Shown one piece after another: positions 19,411-28,600 of a DNA stretch of 64,000 nucleotides. The stretch is taken from contig OY730476.1 of the NCBI GenBank assembly GCA_963422735.1, positions 1,536,001 through 1,600,000 on the forward strand, written 5' to 3'. Position numbers and translations under genes: made by a program. The DNA is from Candidatus Latescibacterota bacterium (lineage in GTDB: Bacteria > Latescibacterota > UBA2968 > UBA8231). Under the pieces are notes generated by a model that was not told the DNA's origin, searched no databases, and worked only from the letters and a program-made list of their open reading frames with translations. How positions within the stretch are numbered: the stretch's first letter is position 1; every line of letters starts with the position of its first letter.

Positions 19411-20172
19411 ATGCCCACCATCAAACAATCCGTCTGCTTCAATCCCTTCACCGGTAGCGGCCTCAGCCCGCAGGAACTCGTCGCTGCCGCTGCTCGCATC
19501 GGCTATCAATCCGTAGAGATGGCCCCTCAGGAGCACTGGCCGCTCATCCAAGACCACGGCCTCGCCATCGCCATCGTCTCCGGGCACGCTTCCCTACCCG
19601 ACGGCCTCAACAAGCCCGAAAACCACGACCGAATCGAAGACGAGATCTTGGCCAACTGCGACCTCGCCGTTGAATACGGTATTCCCTCGCTAATTTGCTT
19701 TTCCGGCAACTGCGAGGGCCGCTCCTCAGAAGAGGGCCTCGCCAACTGCGTCGCTGGCCTGCGCCGCGTCACCGGTGCCGCCGAGGAAAAAGGCATTACC
19801 CTCTGCATGGAATTGCTCAACTCGCGCGTCAACCATCCCGACTACCAGTGCGACCGCACCGCCTGGGGCGTGGCCCTGTGCCGGGCCGTCGGCTCGCCCC
19901 GCTTCAAGCTGCTCTACGACATCTACCACATGCAGATCATGGAAGGCGATCTCATCCGCAACATCACCAACCACATCAACTGCATCGGCCACTTCCACAC
20001 GGCCGGCAACCCCGGTCGCCAAGACCTCGACGATCAGCAGGAGATCTACTATCCGCCGATCACGCAGGCCATCGCCGCCACCTCCTACGCGGGCTACGTC
20101 GGCCACGAGTATCGGCCCAAAGGCGATCCCATCGCCTCGCTGACCCACGCCTTTTCCGTCTGCGATGTCTGA
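19411..20172 (+). CDS. Hydroxypyruvate isomerase-like TIM barrel
   Basis: MELLNS, LLYDIYHMQIMEGD, HFHTAGNPGR and GHEY. Confidence 0.88.
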   Translation: MPTIKQSVCFNPFTGSGLSPQELVAAAARIGYQSVEMAPQEHWPLIQDHGLAIAIVSGHASLPDGLNKPENHDRIEDEILANCDLAVEYGIPSLICFSGNCEGRSSEEGLANCVAGLRRVTGAAEEKGITLCMELLNSRVNHPDYQCDRTAWGVALCRAVGSPRFKLLYDIYHMQIMEGDLIRNITNHINCIGHFHTAGNPGRQDLDDQQEIYYPPITQAIAATSYAGYVGHEYRPKGDPIASLTHAFSVCDV

Positions 20173-20275
20173 AAAGCCGTCTGAAAACCCCCGGCGATGG
20201 TCGCATGGGGGCAAGTAACCGCAGATGAACGCAGATGCGGGATGACCTTATTGGGGGCGTACGCGAAATTTTCAA

Positions 20276-21088
20276 ATGGTCTGTGAGACAACAATCGCGC
20301 CCACTGGCGGTGCACTCGGCGCGGAGATCAAAGGCTGCGACCTGTCCGCGCCACTCGCGCCCGGTCAAGTCGCGCAGGTGCGCCAAGCACTTCTCTACCA
20401 CGGCGTAGTTTTCTTTCGCCAGCAGCAACTCAGCGACGAGGACCAAGTGCGCTTCACCGCGTACTTTGGCAAACCTGTACCGCACGTGCGCCAGCAGCGC
20501 CCACGGCGGGTCAAGGAGATTTTTCTCATCTCCAATGTCAAAGAAAACGGCGAGCCAATCGGCGAACTAGGCGACGAGCTGATTCCCTTTCACTCGGATC
20601 TTTCCTACCTACAGCGCCCCGGCACCCTCTCGGTACTCTACGCGGTGGAGATTCCCTCGCAGGGCGGCCAGACTCAGTGGTGCAATTGCACGGCCGCCTA
20701 CGAAGTGCTCGACGACGCTTGGAAAGCCCGCCTCAAGGGGATGCGCGCGGTGCATCGCCACTACGTCGAGGAGCAAAACCCCTCCGAGCACGTCGCCCAC
20801 CCCATTGTCCGCACCCATCCCGAAACAGGTCGCCGCTCGCTCTACGTAGGGCCGCACCTGACCCAATACGTCGTCGGCCTCAGCCGCCAACAAAGCGACG
20901 CCCTGCTCGGCGAACTGTACGCCCATCTCGAACAGCCGCGCTTTGTCTGGACCCATGAGTGGCAAGTCGGCGACCTCGTCCTCTTCGACAACCGCTCGAC
21001 CATGCACCGCCGCCTCGCCTTCCCCCCAGACCAGCGCCGCCTGATGAAACGCACTCAGGTTTTCAACGACGAAATACCGGTGGAGTGA
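20276..21088 (+). CDS. TauD/TfdA family Fe(II)/2-oxoglutarate dioxygenase
   Basis: LGAEI.G.DL, HSD (HxD), HPIVRTHPETGR and DNRSTMHRR. Confidence 0.92.
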   Translation: MVCETTIAPTGGALGAEIKGCDLSAPLAPGQVAQVRQALLYHGVVFFRQQQLSDEDQVRFTAYFGKPVPHVRQQRPRRVKEIFLISNVKENGEPIGELGDELIPFHSDLSYLQRPGTLSVLYAVEIPSQGGQTQWCNCTAAYEVLDDAWKARLKGMRAVHRHYVEEQNPSEHVAHPIVRTHPETGRRSLYVGPHLTQYVVGLSRQQSDALLGELYAHLEQPRFVWTHEWQVGDLVLFDNRSTMHRRLAFPPDQRRLMKRTQVFNDEIPVE

Positions 21089-21091
21089 ACA

Positions 21092-21641
21092 CTCTTTCGC
21101 CCGCTTCGCCCTCCAGCACGACGTGATTGACACCGGGCAACCCACCGTCGAAGTCCACCGCACCGATAGCCTCATCCGCGTGCGCATCGGCGAGGAGGAG
21201 GCGTTAGTCCATCACGAATTTCAAACCACCGATAGTACCCCGCCGATGCCGCGCCGCATGGCCGGCTATATCGGGCACGGCATTGAGCAGCACGGCCTAC
21301 CGATCTACTCCAGCGTCATCTATCTGCGTCCAGAGGCCGACCGAACCGATTCGGGGTACTATACCCAAGAGCGGCACGGCTTCCGCGTGTTGGTCCAATA
21401 CCAAGTGATTCGACTGAGTGAACTAGACGGCCAACGCATCCTCGACGGGAGGCCTTTGGGCTTGCTTCCGTTGTCACGCCTGAAGGCGCGGTGAAATACG
21501 CCGTTAATGCAGCGGCCGGCAGGTGTGGATGCAGAGGCGTGGCTGCGCCAGTATGTGAACCGGGCGCAAGCAGTACCGATGGACGAAACTCTCAAGGCGA
21601 ATTATCTGGCCGATCTTGCCATTTTGAGCGGACTGGTGTAT
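21092..21641 (+). pseudogene. Rpn/YhgA-like (PD-(D/E)xK) protein remnant interrupted by a 24-bp insertion
   Basis: RTDSLI...HHEFQT...MPRRMAGY...SSVIYL...YQVIRL.ELDG...GLLP and then MQRP...LAILSGLVY. The in-frame stop lies in the inserted 21473-21496 segment, and the 5' end is missing. Confidence 0.7.
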
Positions 21642-21980
21642 AAAGCGGAATCACTGTCGTTGGCCATGCTTGAAATCCTCGTCAACCTCGACTCAGCTGC
21701 AACCCTTGATCGGTATCTGAGCATTCCGGTCGAATTTGACCACAGCCTGTGCAAGGTACTGGCATTGGACGGGGCGTCCAATCCGGTGCCGCCGAACGTC
21801 CAAGAGATGGGCTCTAGGTGGGCCGCCGGTCGTGAATCAGCAGTGCTCGTCGTTTCCAGTGCCATCGTTTTGCAGGAACACAATTTCCTCTTAAATCCAC
21901 AGCATCCCGGCTTCGCGCAAATACGCATCGGCCACTCCACCGAGTTCAACTTCGATCAGAGGCTAATTAGGGAATTTTAA
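21636..21980 (+). pseudogene. RES-domain toxin 3' portion fused to the Rpn-like remnant
   Basis: VY.AESLSLAMLEILV...GSRW....SAVLVVSSAIV.QEHNFLLNPQHP...FDQRL are RES-family motifs. The N-terminus is absent. Confidence 0.75.
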
Positions 21981-22099
21981 GGCGAATGCGGTTTCGTTTG
22001 CGGATTTCAAACTGAGACAATACCATAAATCGACACAAAAACTTCCCGGCAGATCGTCTGTCGGCTGCTTGAGTTCTCTCTTTCGATCTTATAGGAACC

Positions 22100-23074
22100 A
22101 TGTTTAAAGCACTCATCTTACATGAGCACTCCGCCCTCATCGAAGAGCTCGACGAAAGCCGCCTGCCCCCAGGCGACGTAGAAATCGCCGTCGCGTACTC
22201 CTCGCTCAACTACAAGGACGGGCTGGTCCTCAACGGCTTGGGCGGATTAGTCAAAACCTACCCGCACGTTCCCGGCATCGACCTCGCCGGTACCGTCGTT
22301 TACAGCCAGAGCGACCGGTTCCAACCCGGCGACCAAGTTATCTGCACTGGCTGGCGCGTCGGCGAAATCCACTGGGGCGGATACGCGCAAAAGGCGCGAC
22401 TCAAGGCCGACTGGCTCGTGCCCCTACCCGCTGATCTGACGCTGCGCACCGCCATGGGCCTGGGTGCCGCGGGCCTGACCGCGGCTATCTCCTTAGAAGC
22501 GCTCGAAGCCCACGGCCTCACGCCCGACAAAGGCGAGGTCCTCGTCACCGGGGCGGCCGGCGGCGTCGGCTCCTTCTCCGTCCTGCTCCTCGCTGCCCTC
22601 GGCTACCAAGTCGCCGCCTCCACCGGCCGCCCCGAACTCGAACCCTATCTAAAAGACCTCGGTGCCCAGACCATCATCCCGCGCCAAGACCTCGCCGAGC
22701 CATCCAACAAACCTTTGGAGAGTGCGCGCTGGGCCGCTTGCATCGACTCGGTCGGCGGCACTACTCTAGCCCGCGTCTTGGCCCAGATGAATTACGGGGC
22801 TTCCGTCGCCGCGGTGGGCTTAGCCGGTGGTGCCCAACTTGCAACCACCGTCATCCCCTTCTTGCTGCGCGGCATCAACATCCTCGGCATCGACTCCGTG
22901 TTCTACCCAGCCGAGCGCCGCGCTGCCGCTTGGGCGCACCTAGCCAATAAGCTACCCTTGGAAAAATTAGACCTTATCTGCACTGAGGTCGGTTTAGCCA
23001 ATGTCCCCCGCCTCGGCAAGGACATCTTAGCTGGCAAAGTGCAGGGGCGCGTCATCGTCAACCCCCATCAGTAA
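22100..23074 (+). CDS. acuI: MDR oxidoreductase, YhdH/AcuI (acryloyl-CoA reductase) family
   Basis: YSSLNYKDGL, PGIDLAG, VLVTGAAGGVGS and PFLLRGINILGIDSV. Confidence 0.88.
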   Translation: MFKALILHEHSALIEELDESRLPPGDVEIAVAYSSLNYKDGLVLNGLGGLVKTYPHVPGIDLAGTVVYSQSDRFQPGDQVICTGWRVGEIHWGGYAQKARLKADWLVPLPADLTLRTAMGLGAAGLTAAISLEALEAHGLTPDKGEVLVTGAAGGVGSFSVLLLAALGYQVAASTGRPELEPYLKDLGAQTIIPRQDLAEPSNKPLESARWAACIDSVGGTTLARVLAQMNYGASVAAVGLAGGAQLATTVIPFLLRGINILGIDSVFYPAERRAAAWAHLANKLPLEKLDLICTEVGLANVPRLGKDILAGKVQGRVIVNPHQ

Positions 23075-23098
23075 ATAACACGATAGGAAAAGCACACT

Positions 23099-24082
23099 AT
23101 GCGCCGACTCGCGCTTCTACTGCTCACCCTAGCAGCTACCCAAGCTGGAGCCGACCCCAACATGCCCGGTACCGATCGCATCACCTACTTTGGCTACGAA
23201 GACTGCATCCTCCTCGAAAACGCCCACACCCGCGTCGTCCTCACCGCATCGGCCGGCCGCATCCTCGAGTACTCGCGCAAAGGCCCTAACGCCATCTACC
23301 TCGACCCCGCTCAAGAAGGCGCGACCTTTGAAAGCGGCGATCCTCCCTTCGGCCCCACTGGCGGCCGCCTCGACATCGGCCCGGAAATGGTCATCCCCGC
23401 TCATCCCGACCTTTGGCTCGGGCAGTGGGAAAGCCAGATTACCGGCCCGCGCTCGGCGCGCCTGATCAGCAAAAAGGACGAGCCTACCGGCGTCCAACTC
23501 ATCCGCGACTTCCAGCTCGCCGAGCACTCCACTCACTTGAGCGTCACCCAGACCATCAAAAACGTCTCTGATAGCGAAAAGCAGTGGGGCCACTGGAGCC
23601 GCACCTTCGGCACCGGCGGCGGCATCGTGCTCATTCCCCTGACGCCCGCAAGCCGCTTCCCGGTCTCCTATGTCATGTATGGCCCCGGGCCGGTTATCAA
23701 CTACCGCCCCGAAGACCCCAACATCCGCATCCGCGACAACTTCCTCGAAGTCCTCTCCACCCCTTTGCGACCCAAGCTCGGCATGGACTCCCAAGCCGGA
23801 TGGTTCGCCTATCTCGACCGCAACGACCTGCTATGGGTCAAGCGCTATCCAGTGTACCCCGACCGCCCTTATGGCGAACTGGCCGGACTGACTATCTCGA
23901 TATGGTATTACCAAGATCTGATGTGCGAGTTGGAGCCTATCGGCCCGCGCGAGGAGATCCCGCCCGGCGGCCAAGCCTCCTTCACCGAGGACTGGTGGCT
24001 TTTGCCCTACGCCTACCCCTATGACGGCAGCGACCTCGATCTCAAAGCCATCAGCGCACTGGTGGAGCGAGAGGCGCGATGA
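23099..24082 (+). CDS. Secreted hypothetical protein, likely galactose mutarotase-like beta-sandwich (DUF4380-like)
   Basis: Signal peptide ending AGA-D. GRILEY, GGRLDIGPE, QTIKN...W..WSRT, ELEPIGP...PGG..SFTEDW. Confidence 0.6.
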   Translation: MRRLALLLLTLAATQAGADPNMPGTDRITYFGYEDCILLENAHTRVVLTASAGRILEYSRKGPNAIYLDPAQEGATFESGDPPFGPTGGRLDIGPEMVIPAHPDLWLGQWESQITGPRSARLISKKDEPTGVQLIRDFQLAEHSTHLSVTQTIKNVSDSEKQWGHWSRTFGTGGGIVLIPLTPASRFPVSYVMYGPGPVINYRPEDPNIRIRDNFLEVLSTPLRPKLGMDSQAGWFAYLDRNDLLWVKRYPVYPDRPYGELAGLTISIWYYQDLMCELEPIGPREEIPPGGQASFTEDWWLLPYAYPYDGSDLDLKAISALVEREAR

Positions 24083-24163
24083 CCATAAAAAACCGCCGCC
24101 AACTCGGTCGGCTCCACGAGGAGGCCATAGAGCCGAGGCCCAAGAGTCATGGCCGCCCTCCGG

Positions 24164-24570
24164 TCAGTGCAACAAGGTTAGCTTGTGCGTCTCAATAGTC
24201 CCATTGACTGAAAGCACCATAAGATACGTGCCCGACGCTTGGAACTGCCCGGCTTGGGGGTCAATCTCCGGCCGACTTTGCAAGTAGCGGTAACAGGCGA
24301 CCACATCCTCTATGTCGCCGGTGCCTATGCTGTAGCGGCGATAGTCGATGTCGAAGTAAGCATAGCCGTCTGCCAGCATATAGGACCGCACGTACCGGGC
24401 GTAACCCGGCCCGGGGGGCAACCCCCGACCGCTGTGGATATACATGAGTGCCGGGTTCGGACCCTCGCCGACGGATAAAAATGGGCGCCGTCGTACGACT
24501 CGACGAAGAGGTATTCTGCCTATTCGGCGAAAGCCGCCGAATCAGCCATCACCGCGACCAAGGCGAGAAG
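24164..24570 (-). pseudogene. Chimeric remnant: alpha/beta-hydrolase (S9-like) fragment joined to a secretion-tail-like C-terminus
   Basis: PALMYIH...GYAYFDIDYR...DIEDVVACYRYLQSRPEIDP, followed by ASGTYLMVLSVNGTIETHKLTLLH*. Internal stop and frameshift upstream. Confidence 0.6.
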
Positions 24571-25510
24571 ACTCCGTTTCTTCAAGGGAAACCTCCTTTG
24601 GCAAGCGACCAAAATCTCTCAATGCTTTCAAGGTATCGACCGTGATCCTGGACTGCCATTCTCTCTTGGCTGTCCGCCACGCTTCCGAATGCGGATCTCC
24701 CCACGAGAAATTCGGAGACCAATATCCCTCCTCGCTCTGCTGTTCAACCTCAAAGTCCAAGTTCATCTCCACTTCATTCGCAAGCCCAGCGGCCAAAGGT
24801 GATTCGGGAGAGGAAACTAGCCACAGGGGCTTGAGGGCATAGCCAACCAACTGCTCTGCATCCCGGACAACACTATGCGCCGCCGCTCGGGCTAGTTTCT
24901 CCCATACTCGATCCCTTTTTGGCAGAGTTTTAGTCTCCGCGAGCCGGATTGAACAGAGGATGTCGTGTATCTCCATTTCGTCGGGCAGGGAGTCCAGATG
25001 CTCCAGAACGGCCCCAGTTAATATCTTCAGCAATCTCATCGGCACCCCATCGCTAAAGTCGTGCAAATATCCGACAATCTCAGCGCGCGGATTGACCAGA
25101 AAGTGCCCGAAGGTCACCGCGCTTTTCTCATAATTCCACCAAGGGGCGTGGGGCGCCTCATTCACTTTGGGTGGAACGATTGGCCACGCCTGCCGGGACT
25201 CGTCGTATGTGGCGAGAAAGTACTCGATTCCCTTCCGGGCCATAGCGTGGTCTGCAGGGGCCCGAATTTCTCTGAGAATCTGGAAAGCTACCGTGGTAGC
25301 AATCGCAGACGAAGCCGGTGTCCTGATGTCGGGTTCTAGGCCATGGCCGAATCCGCCGTCGTCATTTTGGTAAGATGCCAGCGCGGCCAGAACGGCATCG
25401 GCAGATCCATCTTCAAAGTGAAATTCAAAACGCCTTCGGTCCAACTTTCTCCCCTGATCCACTACGAAGGCCCGTGCTCTCTGAAATGCTGCTTGCGCGA
25501 GTCTTTTCAT
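24542..25510 (-). CDS. Hypothetical alpha/alpha-toroid protein with prenyltransferase/squalene-cyclase-type QW-like motif
   Basis: LASYQNDDGGFGHGLEPD, PHAPWW and Q.EEGYW. Codon style differs from neighbours. Confidence 0.65.
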   Translation of the reverse strand: MKRLAQAAFQRARAFVVDQGRKLDRRRFEFHFEDGSADAVLAALASYQNDDGGFGHGLEPDIRTPASSAIATTVAFQILREIRAPADHAMARKGIEYFLATYDESRQAWPIVPPKVNEAPHAPWWNYEKSAVTFGHFLVNPRAEIVGYLHDFSDGVPMRLLKILTGAVLEHLDSLPDEMEIHDILCSIRLAETKTLPKRDRVWEKLARAAAHSVVRDAEQLVGYALKPLWLVSSPESPLAAGLANEVEMNLDFEVEQQSEEGYWSPNFSWGDPHSEAWRTAKREWQSRITVDTLKALRDFGRLPKEVSLEETESSRLGRGDG

Positions 25511-25687
25511 TTTTGACCTGTCCGTTGGTTTACTGGTTTATTACTGCACAAAAATATACTATCTATTTGTGCATATATCAAATGCTTACAGAGGTAATCG
25601 CCTTAAGGCAATCCTCCAGTCACCATCGGAAGCAGTCGCGTCCGTCCGCTTGCTGGACGGGATGCTTAGGACCGATATTGGGACGCT

Positions 25688-28600
25688 ATGGTTGCGCTGA
25701 TTATCGCCTTTCTGATCGCCTTTGCCATCGGCCCGGTGGCGGCTTCTGCAGGGCCACGGGCTGTCGTGGAGCATTTGTCCTCGCTGGGGTCGCGGGTGGC
25801 GGGGTATTCGGGAAGTACCCGGGCGGCGGAGTATGTGGAGGGGCGGTTACAGGCGTTGGGGTGGCCGACGCGACGCGACACCTTTGCCGTGGTGGTGCCG
25901 ATCGACCAAGGCGGGCGGTTGGAGTGGGAGGATGAGTCGGTGGCCCTATATGCGGTGTGGCCGAATGGGGCGCGGACTTCGACCGTGCCGCCGGAGGGGT
26001 TGCGAGCACCGGCGATTTGGGGCGGCGATGGGGATTGGAGCGATTTCAATGGGCAGGAGGTGGCTGGGCGGGTGGTGGTGCTGGATTTTGCCAGTGGGGA
26101 CGCTTGGTTGAAGGCCGCGTCGTTGGGGGCGCAGGCGGTGGTGTTTGTGGCCGCGGATTCGGCTACTACGCAGCAGGGGCAGAGCAAATACGTACGGGCA
26201 CCGTTGGATGTGCCGCGCTTTTGGGTGGAGCGGGCCGCTGGGCAGCGGCTGCGGCGGCGGTTAGTGGGTGGAGAGGTGGAGGTGGAGTTGTGGGGGCGGA
26301 TGGATTGGCAGGAGCGGGCGGCGCACAACGTGTGGGCAGTGATGCCGGGAAAAGGTGCGGAGGCTTCCGTGCGAGGTGGCCGGGACGAGACGGTTCTGAT
26401 CCATGCGTATTACGACGCGCCGTCGGTGGTGCCGGCGCGGGCACCGGGGGCAGAGGCGGCAGTGAGTGTGGCGGCGCTGTTGGAGGTGGCCGCTCGGTTG
26501 CAAGCGAACCCACCGGCGCACACAGTGGTGCTCGCCGCGCTGGGTGCCCACTTCCAAGGGCGGCAGGGCATGGTCGCCTTCCTCAATCGGCACGCCCGCC
26601 GCCAACCACACTACGCGGACCGGCTCGCCGAGCCGCTGGATATTGACCTGTTCATTGGACTCGATTTGTCCAGCCACGGCGAGCGGGTGGTGCTGTGGAA
26701 CAACACGGATAGCTACGCGCTCAAGCGGTTTTTCGTGCCCTTTGGCCGTCGCTTTGCCGAGTACGCGGCGGCACTGGGCCGCGCCGAGGCATTGGCCAAT
26801 GGCATCAGCCCAATTCGGGGAATGGATTGGGACAGCTATATGCCTAGGGGTTTGGCCGCCGATGGGGAGTTGGCACTCGAGGCGGGATTCCCGTCGCTGA
26901 CGCTGGCCACGGTAGGCGATGCCCGCTTTGCGCTGGATTTGCCGCTGGACACGGACGCGAGAGTGGCGTGGGACCATGTGGAAGGGCAGGCGGCGTTGGT
27001 GGCCGATCTGCTGGCTCATGCGTTGGCCGATACGGCACTGTTAGCCGGGCGGGAGCGGCTCGACGAGGCGTTGGAGGATCGGCTACGGGATTTGCGGGTC
27101 AAAGCGCGGACGTTCCCTCGGCGCAGTCAGGTGCCGGACCGACCGGTGGCCGGGGCACTGGTGGCGGTGCAGGTGGAGAAAGAAGAGCGCAAAGGGGTGC
27201 GCGACACGCGCTACTTTCTCGCGGATAACGCCGGGACGGTGCGGGTACCTGGGCTGGAGCAGGGGACGTATCCGCTGGCCGTGACGGCACTGGACGCCGA
27301 GCGGGGGACGATCACCCACGTCGTAGATTTGAGCATCCGCGCCCAGAAGCACCACGGTGCGCCGGGATTGGACGGTCGCTTGTTCAATAATGTGCGCTGG
27401 CTGCACAATGAGCAGATCGCCGTGCTCTTCCCCGGGGTGGGTCGCCCCCTGTACGGCTTGGTCGAGCCGCGTCTTTTGCGTGCGTTGAACAAAGTGAAGG
27501 TGATCTCGGCGGACGGGGGCGAGCCGGGCCAGTACGGGTACGCGCTGGATTCGAGCAGCATCGGCTCGGTAGGGGTGCTTTACGGGCCAGCCGATGCCGC
27601 GACCGACGACCGCGTCAAAGTGATTTTGGACGGCCAGCTTTTGCTGCTCAACAGCGAGGGTAGCCACAGCGAGGCCGAAGCGCGGGGCCGGGGGTTTTTG
27701 CTGGCTGAGGAAGGGTTTGGGGCCGCGACGCTGCAGGCGGCGCGGGATGTGTGGAACTTGGATGCGGCGCGGCTGGGAGTGCTCGCAGAGCACGGCATTG
27801 AAAATCAGCGGTTGACGCGGCTACACGCACAGGCGGCCGCGGCCATAGCCGAGGCCGAAGCAGCGGCCGAGCAACTGAAGTGGGATGAGTACGTGGCGTG
27901 GAGCCGCAAGGCACTGGGCTTGGAGACGCGGGCCTACCCGGAGGTCTTGGCGACGCTCAACGATGTCCTCAAGGGGGTGATCTTCTTTTTGGCGCTGTTG
28001 TTGCCGGCGGCCTTTTTTGGGGAGCGGCTCGTATTTGCTGCGGCCGATATTCGCCGGCAGCTCGCTGGCTTTGGGCTGTTCTTGCTGGCGATTTGGCTGA
28101 TTTTGGCGCAAGTGCATCCGGCCTTTGCGCTGGCCGAGCCGCTGGTGGTGCTGCTGGCGTTTGCGATTATGGCGATGGGGGCGTTGGTGCTCTTTATGGT
28201 GGTGGGCCGGTTCAACCGCGTCATGGCCCAGCACCAGAGCCAGCAGACGCGGATCCACGCCCAAGACCTGAGCCGCTTGAGCGCGTCTTATGCGGCCTTC
28301 ATGCTTGGGATTTCCAATATGCGGCGGCGACCCCTGCGCACCGGCCTGACGCTGGCAACGCTGACGCTTTTGACGTTTACCCTGCTCTCTTTTACCTCGT
28401 TTGAACAGCAAATCCGCTACGCGAGTTTCCGGCTGCCACACGCCGCGTTGTACCCCGGGATTCTCATCCGCGACCGCGGCTGGGAGCACCTGACGCCGGA
28501 GGCACTCGACTATGCCGAGTCGCACTTTGGCGGCCGCGGCTGGATGGGGCGGCGCGGCTGGTACGCGGCCGAAGACGGCAAGGGGGGCTGGATTGGGGTG

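Noticed and set aside
20176-20185. GCCGTCTGAA, identical to the Neisseria DNA uptake sequence
   Set aside because: Only one copy noticed, and it is part of a local GTCTGAAAA duplication at a stop codon. Consistent with chance.
20217-20240. Short tandem CGCAGATGAA-CGCAGATG
   Set aside because: Only two units with no spacers. At most a REP-like scrap, not a CRISPR array.
24100-25690. Chromosomal replication origin at the skew switch
   Set aside because: No dnaA/dnaN genes or DnaA-box cluster noticed, and the skew fades within kilobases.
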